The notes beneath the pieces were generated by a model, which did no database searches, was not told where the DNA came from, and saw only the letters and a list, made by a program, of their open reading frames with translations. A stretch of 51,583 nucleotides of DNA from Emiliania huxleyi CCMP1516 (taxonomy: Eukaryota). The position numbers and the translations under genes are program-made. The DNA is taken from NCBI RefSeq assembly GCF_000372725.1, contig NW_005201231.1, positions 62,001-113,583 of the forward strand, read 5' to 3'. This document shows, piece after piece, positions 44,314 through 51,583 of the stretch (position 1 is its first letter; each line of letters starts with the position of its first letter).

Positions 44314-46156
44314 ATGGCTGCCGACGGGCCGGCTCCCTATATCCCACTCCTCGGAAGTGCTGATCGTGCGAAGTCCACTCGCGCAGCCTCCCTAGCCCTC
44401 GGTGGCATCGCACTCGGCGCGCTGCTTCTCTTCGCCGCCGGTTCAGAGCTGCTTCCATTCCCGGCCCAGCTGCTCCAGCTCCCGCTAAAGAGCTTTGAAG
44501 CAAGCGCAACCGTTGCTGCTCGCCCTCCCGACGCCGTAACCTCGCTGCCGGGCGCTCCGCCGCTGGACACCGTGCAGTACGCTGGCCTCGTCACGGTCAA
44601 CAGCACCGCGCGCAACAAGCTCTTCTACTGGTTTGCCGAGTCAAGCCGCGTGAAGGACGACCTGGAGGAAAAGAGCAAGGTGCCAATCGTAATATGGCTC
44701 AACGGCGGGTGCGGCTCCGCCCCAGTGGTCAGCCCCCCGCCCGCCACTCCCTGCCCCTCCTCCCCGATGCCTCGCCTCGCGTGTGCAGGCCGGGCGCCTC
44801 CTCCATGACGGGTTGGCTGATTGAGAAGATCGGGCCGTTTGAGCTGCAATCGGACGCCGCCACGCTTACTCCGACCGGCCTACCCTGGCACGAGCTCGCG
44901 CACGTCATGATGTGGGATCAGCCTGTGGGGGCCGGCTACGCGACCACCGCGACCGGGACGTACGCCGCGAGCATGGAGGAGGCAGCAGCCGACCTGCTCA
45001 AGGGCATGACAGAGTTCTACAAGATCCACCCAGAGTATAAGGATTCCGACGTGTACGTCACGGGCGAGTCCTTTGCTGGCAAGTGGATCCCGCACTTTTG
45101 CTACCACGTCTATGAGACAAACAAGGCGTTGGTGGCGAAAGGCGAACCGGTGGCGATGCCGCTCGTCGGCATGGCCATCGGCAACGGCGTGCTATACCCT
45201 TACCTGCAGACCGAGGCGATGGTGACGATGGCCACTGGGCTCGGGTACACGGATCCGGAGAAGCTGCGAGTGGCGCGCAAGAACCTCAAGGCGTGCAAGC
45301 AGGCGCGTGCTCTCGAGGACAGGGTCAGGCCCTAGGCTCATTTTGAGCGCCCGCACCTACCTCCTGCCGCCGCGCCGCAGGAGCTCGAGGCCATTGACGA
45401 GATGAAGGAGCGGCCTGTGCCATCTCATGATCTGTGGAAGAGCGCCTACTTCAAGTGCGACGCGCTCGAGAAGGTCTTTGGCGAGGCAGTCAAGTTCATC
45501 TACGACATCCGATCGCCGGCTGACGAATTCTCTGCCCTCAGTGGCTGGCTGAGTAGCCACGCGCAGTCTCTTTTCGCGGCCGGCACCCGAAGCGCCTCTC
45601 ACGCGTTGCTGCTGTTGAGCAGGCGAGTACCTCAACAAGGAGGAGGTTCGCAAGGCACTCAACGTCGGCGAGACCAAATGGGTGCAGCAGGATGGCGGCA
45701 AGCCGGGCAACCCCGTGAGCCGACCATAGTGGCCGCGGATCTCGGCGACAAGCGCTGCACCCTCGGCTTTGTGTCTCGCAGGTGAGCGACGCCCTGTGGG
45801 AGCCGCAGATCTCGGACCTGCCGGACGAGATGCTAGCGACGCTGTTCAATGAGTACAAGGTGTTGATGTACGCGGGCCAGTACGACGGCAGCAGCTGCAA
45901 CGCGCTCGGTGTCGCCCAGTCCGTGGACGTGGTCGCAAACGAGGGCAAGTGGGCGGACGCGAGCAAGTATGCGAACACCACGGCGTGCACTTGGACCGTC
46001 AATGGCATCCCCTCGGGCGTGCTGCGTGCGACCGGCAAGTTTGGGAACCTCGTCTTTCTCAACTCAGGCCACCTCGTTCCCATGAACCAGCCCGCCGCGG
46101 GCTACGAGATGATTCGCCAGCTGGTCTACTCGGACACGTTCACCGACATGTGCTGA
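44314..46156 (+). CDS. Serine carboxypeptidase (peptidase S10)
   Basis: N-terminal hydrophobic anchor; LFYWFAES, IWLNGGPGASSM, DQPVGAGY, TGESFAG (Ser), YAGQYD (Asp) and SGHLVPMNQP (His); 4 introns. Confidence 0.93.
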
Positions 46157-46694
46157 TCTCTTTCTAGCCGTCGAAGAGTATTGCTAGCTGCGGGTGTCAG
46201 TCCTCGAGTGCGAGCGATTTGGAGGAAAAGTTCTTTCTTTTGCACTGGGTGTATACTGTTTTCGGCGCCCTGTGTGCGCCCCTCGNNNNNNNNNNNNNNN
46301 NNNNNNNNNNNNNNNNNNNNNNNNNNNNNNNNNNNNNNNNNNNNNNNNNNNNNNNNNNNNNNNNNNNNNNNNNNNNNNNNNNNNNACGCCTCGCTTTTGG
46401 CCAGCCCTCCCAGCCCCCACCCCTCCTGGGGCCTGCCGCCTGACACCTCTGCCGGTGGAGGGCTTTAGGTCACGGTCCACACTCCCGCCCTCCCGACCCC
46501 TCCACACCCCTACAGCGGCACCCCTACCCCTCCCGCCGTTTTAGGGCCTCCTGACCCGCACTCGTACGTCCCTCTGTGTGTACTCTACTGACGTGGCGGT
46601 GAGGTGGCGCCTCGCTCATCGCGAGCGCGGTAGGGGCGAATGGGGGAGCGGCTTGACGCCGGCTTGACAGCTTGACGCGTTTCCGCTATAGCCC

Positions 46695-48102
46695 CTAGAC
46701 CCTAATTTGCGTGGGCACGTCGCAGCTAGCCGCCGCCTGTCCGCACTTGGGGTCCTTCTCCTGCAGCGGCGCCATCCCCGCCACGTGGCCGGGCAGGGTC
46801 TGCCGCTCGAGGAAGCCGGCCGGCAGGACGTAGTTGCGGGCTCCAAAGGAGCGGGAGAGGGGGACGAGCTGCTCCGCTGCGTCGAACCAGAGCTTGATCG
46901 CCTCCTCGATGTCCGCCGTCGACAGGCCGGGTGTGTCGGGCCTCACCTGCGGCAGCGAGGCGACGGAGGCGGCGAAGGCGTCGTAGTCGGAGCGGTTGGT
47001 CAGGTCCGTCTCCCACAGCGACGGGTCCAGCCACGCGGCGTTCCAAAAGTAGCCCTGAAAGACGCACACAGCGACACGGGTCACGGCAGAGGAGAGGCGG
47101 TGTGTGGGCGATGCACAGACGGGCGTATGGGGCGGTACTAGGGCGGCGGGCGCCCAGTAGTACTCGAAGAAGAAGATGCTGCTGTTTCCCTTTTCGGCGT
47201 TGCAGACGCGGTCATAGGCGCGCATGCAGTACTTTGTGTTTGATGCGGCCGCCTTGCAGGACTTCTGGTTCGAGATCTTTCGCGATGCGCCGGAAAGCGC
47301 GCGCCACGGGTCATCCGTGAAGCTCGGCGGCTCGTGGTTGTTGAAGACGACGAGGGAGGGCAGCGCGCTGAAAGCGAGTGGCTCCGGCAGTGATGTCCAC
47401 GGCCCAGAGGGGCGGCCGTAAAGGTAGGCGAATCCCTTCTCACCCATCGTCGCCCAAAAATCGGCGACGCTGAGCGCAGTCAGGTCGCAGAGGACGACGA
47501 TGGTAACCTCCGTCGCCCTACGCAATACTCGGACGAGTGAGCAATACAGTGAATCGTGGCACAGCGTCGCGTGCTGCAAGGTGCCAGAAGCCGGAAGAAT
47601 CGAGGGCAGAGAGCGTATGGTGTCCGTCGGAGAAGTAGAGCTCGCTGCCGCGCTTGATGCACGGGATGTGCTTCCCGTCCATCCTCTCTTGCGCCGACTC
47701 CTCCGAGTACATCTTCTCCACCTTATGCTTAAGTGCCCATACGTAGCCAACGCTGACTTGGGTCGGGTGAACCTTGGTGCGCAGCGCTGACCACGCCACA
47801 GTGCAGCTCGTGCCGGCCTGCACGCTGGACAGGTCATGCGGGCACAGCGGGAACTGCCTTCCCTCCCGAGGGGCATCTCGGAACACGCTGTACATGAGGA
47901 AAGAGAAGACGCCAATCATAACGACGGCCACCAGAACGATGCGCGGACGGGAGCCTCGCTGCGCGGGCAGCGGCCGGGCTTCCCACCAAAACGCCGAGCG
48001 CCCGGGCTTGGGAGCCTCTTGATCGGGAGCCGAAGAAGGCCACTCGTCGCCGGCTTTGCCCACCACCTCGTTGGCGGTGACGATTGGCGCGGTTTTCGGC
48101 AT
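46695..48102 (-). CDS. ParB-like (ParBc_2-type, ParB/Srx fold) protein with an N-terminal TM anchor
   Basis: HPTQVSVG, YFSDGHHTLSAL, DLTALSVADFWATM, DDPWRALSGASR, FFEYYW and LPG; TM segment IVLVAVVMIGVFSFLMY; 2 short introns. Confidence 0.72.
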
Positions 48103-48315
48103 TTTGAGCCAGCTGATTTTGTCCAACAAGCGGCGGGCTTGACGCAAACGCCCTGAAAAAGAAATCCCGGCGGCATTCGAGTACGCGCTGGGGGCGCTGG
48201 CTTCAAGCCCGTTTACCCAAGCTTCCACCCCGCGCCCGCTGTGCAATCGCCCAAGCTGTACCATGGAGGCTTCGTGCTTCGATTGAGGCAATTAATGACC
48301 CCGTGTGCTTCTCGA

Positions 48316-49582
48316 TAGTGGGGGAAATGGTCCACTAAAACATTCATTTTCCAAGCCCCAAACCCAAACTGGATCTCGAGGCGATCCGACGGTGTTTTCG
48401 TTCGGCGTCAGGATGACGGGTGAGGAACCGGTAGATCGCTCCTCGAGGCATGGAAGCGATGGATGTTTGCACTGCTCGGGGGCCTCAGGGCCCGGACTGC
48501 TTGGCCCTGGCGATCGAGCTGCAGCTGGACGCGCAGGGCGCCGCCGCCGCGGAGGCGGCCGTCGGGTCGCCGGAGGCCGGGGCGGGGGCGCTTCACGGCC
48601 AGGGCTGTGAGACACGCCTCAAGCTACCAAGTGCTGCCAAGCACCTTGCACATGCGCCGCCAGATCGAGATGCGGACGGTCGGCTGCGGCATGACGCAGT
48701 TCGAGACCAAGTGGGGCTTCTTCTCCGACGAGCGCTCGCACAAGATCGAGGACCTCAAGCGCATGCTGCTCGACGACATCTTGCCCCACGAGATCCAGCT
48801 GCGGCGGCTCAATAAGCTCCCGACCGAGGCGCGCCGCCCGCGCTCCGCTCTGAGATGAGCGCTTCCCCGTCTCACTCGACGTGTTGCTCCCCATAGGCGG
48901 CGCCTCCTCAGCTGCGGGTCCGCTCGATCAAGACCCTGGGCACCGCCGACGCGGACGTGCTGCGCCTGGAGCAGCAGAGCATCTTCAACGTCTCGAACCT
49001 CCTCCCGAAGGCGAAGGTCGCGCGGGAGCTGCGCGAGGCGGCGGGCATCTCAGACAGCGTCGAGGTGCGGCAGGACCGCGAAGCCCCCCCCTTCGACACG
49101 CGACTCGTGGGCAAGTGGCTCGAGGTGTGCTGGCCATACAAGGAGGAGGGTAGGGTGAAGCGCGTCGCGGACGGCCTCACCGACAAGAGGAGCCCGCGCG
49201 CACGCAAGATCCTCCCGGCCGGCATGCTGCTCTGGGCGTGGGACGCCGACCCCGAGTACGACGAGCCGGCGGGGGAGAGATGGATCGCCTTTCTTCCCGA
49301 GAAGTGGAACAAACCCGTCTCGTATGGGTGGCGGCTCGATCCCCGCGAGCTGGGCGCCACCGGCCCGCCCCGCACGCCGCTCATTGAAGAGGAGGAGGAG
49401 GAGGAGGCGCCGCGCGCGCGCCGGTGACCGAAATTTGTCTGTCTTGAGACGGGTGTGGGCCCTCGTGTGGTCGGTCCCTGGATGTAAGGGGCATAGCTAT
49501 AGACTCCCCATAGTGTCCACAGTCAGTGCTGAGCTTGCCGGGCTTGTAGTGCGACTTTCAAAATTTACCATTTCCCCCACTA
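48316..49582. mobile_element. Non-autonomous DNA transposon (hAT-like termini), 16-bp TIRs, 7-bp TSD
   Basis: TAGTGGGGGAAATGGT at 48316-48331 and its exact reverse complement at 49567-49582; TTCTCGA at 48309-48315 and 49583-49589. Confidence 0.8.
48652..49427 (+). pseudogene. 5'-truncated coding remnant inside the transposon (Tudor-like C-terminus)
   Basis: RQIEMRTVGCG..FETKWG, intron ~48829-48896, then LVGKWLEVCW..FLPEKWNK..GWRLD. No DDE core is visible. Confidence 0.5.
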
Positions 49583-49849
49583 TTCTCGAGGGCGACCCGC
49601 TGGAGGCCGTCATCGGACATCGCTCTTCTGCCGATCGGCGCGGTGCTGGCGGTCCGCCGCGTCGCACGAGCCTGGCGCCTCGCCGCGCGGAACGTGCTGT
49701 CGTTGAGCGCGCCGGCAAGCCGCCGTGCGGAATGCCAAAGTTGCATTTTACCACTCGGCACTCGGGCATCACGCTATCTCTTTCTTCTCATCTCTGCTCC
49801 TCGTTCTCCCTCGGAATACTCCACATGTACATTCGGCCACCAGGTCTGG

Positions 49850-51583
49850 CTAGGGCGCCATTCCTGCCTCGAACAACGCCTGCAGCCCCTGCATCGAGAC
49901 GCGGCGGCCGGTGGGGATGCTCGTCCCCTGGCTGCCCCTCAGGTCGTTCCGGCGGGTCATCTCGTCCATGGCGTAGCTCATGTCCTGCGCGTCGCCACTC
50001 ATGCACAGCTGCCGCACCTGGTCGTCGGAGAGCGAGTCGAACCTACGGTACAGGTCAGGTAAACGTCTGCACACACCACACAAAGTCATCTCCACGCCCG
50101 GACACGGGGAGGAGCCCCACGGCATTCAAAGTGCAAGCACCGGCCCGGGTGCCGTGAGTGCACCAAGTTCAGCGCGTGAGTGCGGTCTCGCGCCGTGCGC
50201 TGACGACTGCAGTGAGCACGGCTTGACCACGGCTGCACACAGCGGCACACGTGTCCTCTCTCGAGTGCTCTCGAGTGATCGTTGGACGACAAGGACTACG
50301 CGCTCTCCCCATCTCTCCCCATCTAGGCGCTCGGACGCAAACTCGGACGGCGGCGCGCCCTGCCCTGGCGCAGCCGCGCTAGGATGGCCGGCCGGCGGCG
50401 GCACCCCTTTCGGCGGCCCGGAGCTCGAATCGCTGCGGGCGAGGAAGGCGCGCTTCGCCACCGCCTCCGCCGTCTCGCCGGCTGCCGCCGCCGTGTTGGC
50501 CGAGGCCGGGGCGGGCGCGACGCCGCTGGGGGGAGGCCCCTTCGGCGGCGCCATCCCCGCCGGAGCTGGCCCCTTCGGCGGCGCCATCCCCGCCGGAGCA
50601 GGCCCCTTCGGCGGCGCCATCCCCGCCGGAGCTGGCCCCTTCGGCGGCGCCATCCCCGCCGGAGCTGGCCCCTTCGGCGGCGCCATCCCCGCCGGAGCAG
50701 GCCCCTTCGGCGGCGCCATCCCCGCCGGAGCTGGCCCCTTCGGCGGCGCCATCCCCGCCGGAGCTGGCGCCATCCCCGCCGGAGCAGGCCCCTTCGGCGG
50801 CGCCATCCCCGCCGGAGCTGGCCCCTTCGGCGGCGCCATCCCCGCCGGAGCTGGCCCCTTCGGCGGCGCCATCCCCGCCGGAGCAGGCCCCTTCGGCGGC
50901 GCCATCGCGGGGACAAGCGCGCCGCCGGGGGCGGGCGTGCTGCCGGGGGCGGGAAGCGGTGGTTGCCCGCCAGCGGGTGCAGGGAGCGGGGATCCGCCGC
51001 CGCCTGTAGTGAGTGCCAAGCAGTCCTTAATAAGTGGCTAGTTCACTCACGCAGCACCGGGCGGCCACCTTGCGTCGCCGCGCCGCTTCCAGGCGGCGTC
51101 GGCAGACCGCCCGGCGGCGCCGGCATCGGTCGCTGCGTCGGCGGCGACGGCAAGCCGGCAGCCGGGCCGGCGCCAGCGGGCCCTGGCGTGGGGCGGCCCG
51201 AAGGAGGGGTCGCGCCTAGCGGTGCCGCCGCACCGCCACTTCCCAAAGGCGGGCCGCTCATGCCGGGCAGTCCTCCGGCCGCGCCCTGCGGCGGCACTCC
51301 CATGCCAGCGGGAGCAGCTCCTGTTCTGGCGGTGGGAGGCGCGGCAACGTCGGGGGAGCGGGCCATTCCAGCCGGCGGCGGCACCGTCGGGGCGCCGCGC
51401 TGTGGCGGTGCGGGCAGCCCGCCGGCAGGCGCTGGCAGCGCGCTGGGGCGGGCAGCCGCCATGCCGCCAGGGGCAGCCGCCATGCCGCCAGGGGCAGCCG
51501 CCATGCCGCCAGGGGCAGCCGCCATGCCGCCAGGGGCAGCCGCCATGCCGCCAGGGGCAGCCGCCATGCCGGCCGAAGCTGGC
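49850..51583 (-). CDS. Pro/Ala/Gly-rich tandem-repeat protein, 3' part
   Basis: ORFs 51043-51567, 50126-51019 and 49850-50125 can be joined by introns ~51050-51004 and ~50330-50043. Confidence 0.6.
50052..50155 (-). mobile_element. Family B repeat at the 3' end of an intron
   Basis: GGAGCCCCACGGCATTCAAAGTGCAAGCAC is identical to 26240-26269; the tail runs into TTACCTGACCTGTACCGTAG|. Confidence 0.7.
50535..50907 (-). repeat. 33-nt coding minisatellite (MAPPKGPAPAG x ~11)
   Basis: Unit GGCCCCTTCGGCGGCGCCATCCCCGCCGGAGCW; one unit has a 12-nt deletion. Confidence 0.95.
51452..51569 (-). repeat. 21-nt coding minisatellite (GGMAAAP)n
   Basis: GCAGCCGCCATGCCGCCAGGG x ~5.5. Confidence 0.95.

Noticed and set aside
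30427..46156. Biosynthetic cluster of GT61, DXS, FkbM and carboxypeptidase
   Set aside because: No scaffold synthase or shared pathway logic; these are common families in ordinary juxtaposition.

Overview
GC-rich, intron-dense eukaryotic nuclear DNA from a gapped draft assembly. A fucoxanthin-chlorophyll LHC gene, a DXS with a presequence, frequent GC/GA splice donors and 10-11 nt intronic tandem repeats point to a haptophyte alga, most likely Emiliania (Gephyrocapsa) huxleyi (inference). Gene models were spliced by hand, without transcript data. The left 26 kb looks like an innate-immunity-like island. Two divergently oriented paralogues encode SH3-like + variable ankyrin repeats + coiled coil + IRAK/Pelle(RLK)-type kinase, and the right copy continues into a RING finger and RGG tail. 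Between them lie a ~1,900-2,000 aa multi-pass membrane receptor (beta-helix and Cys-rich ectodomain, cytoplasmic TIR domains), a third ankyrin gene, a p47/UBX gene and an HTTM gene. The right half holds LHC, a GT61 fragment, DXS, an RluA-family pseudouridine synthase with an in-frame stop, an FkbM methyltransferase, an S10 carboxypeptidase, a membrane-anchored ParB-like protein, a TIR/TSD-bounded DNA transposon and a Pro-rich repeat gene. A second theme is apparent recent intron birth. Many introns begin with a copy of the downstream exon start, a shared 37-nt acceptor cassette ends introns in three unrelated genes, and retroposon insertions supply splice signals.
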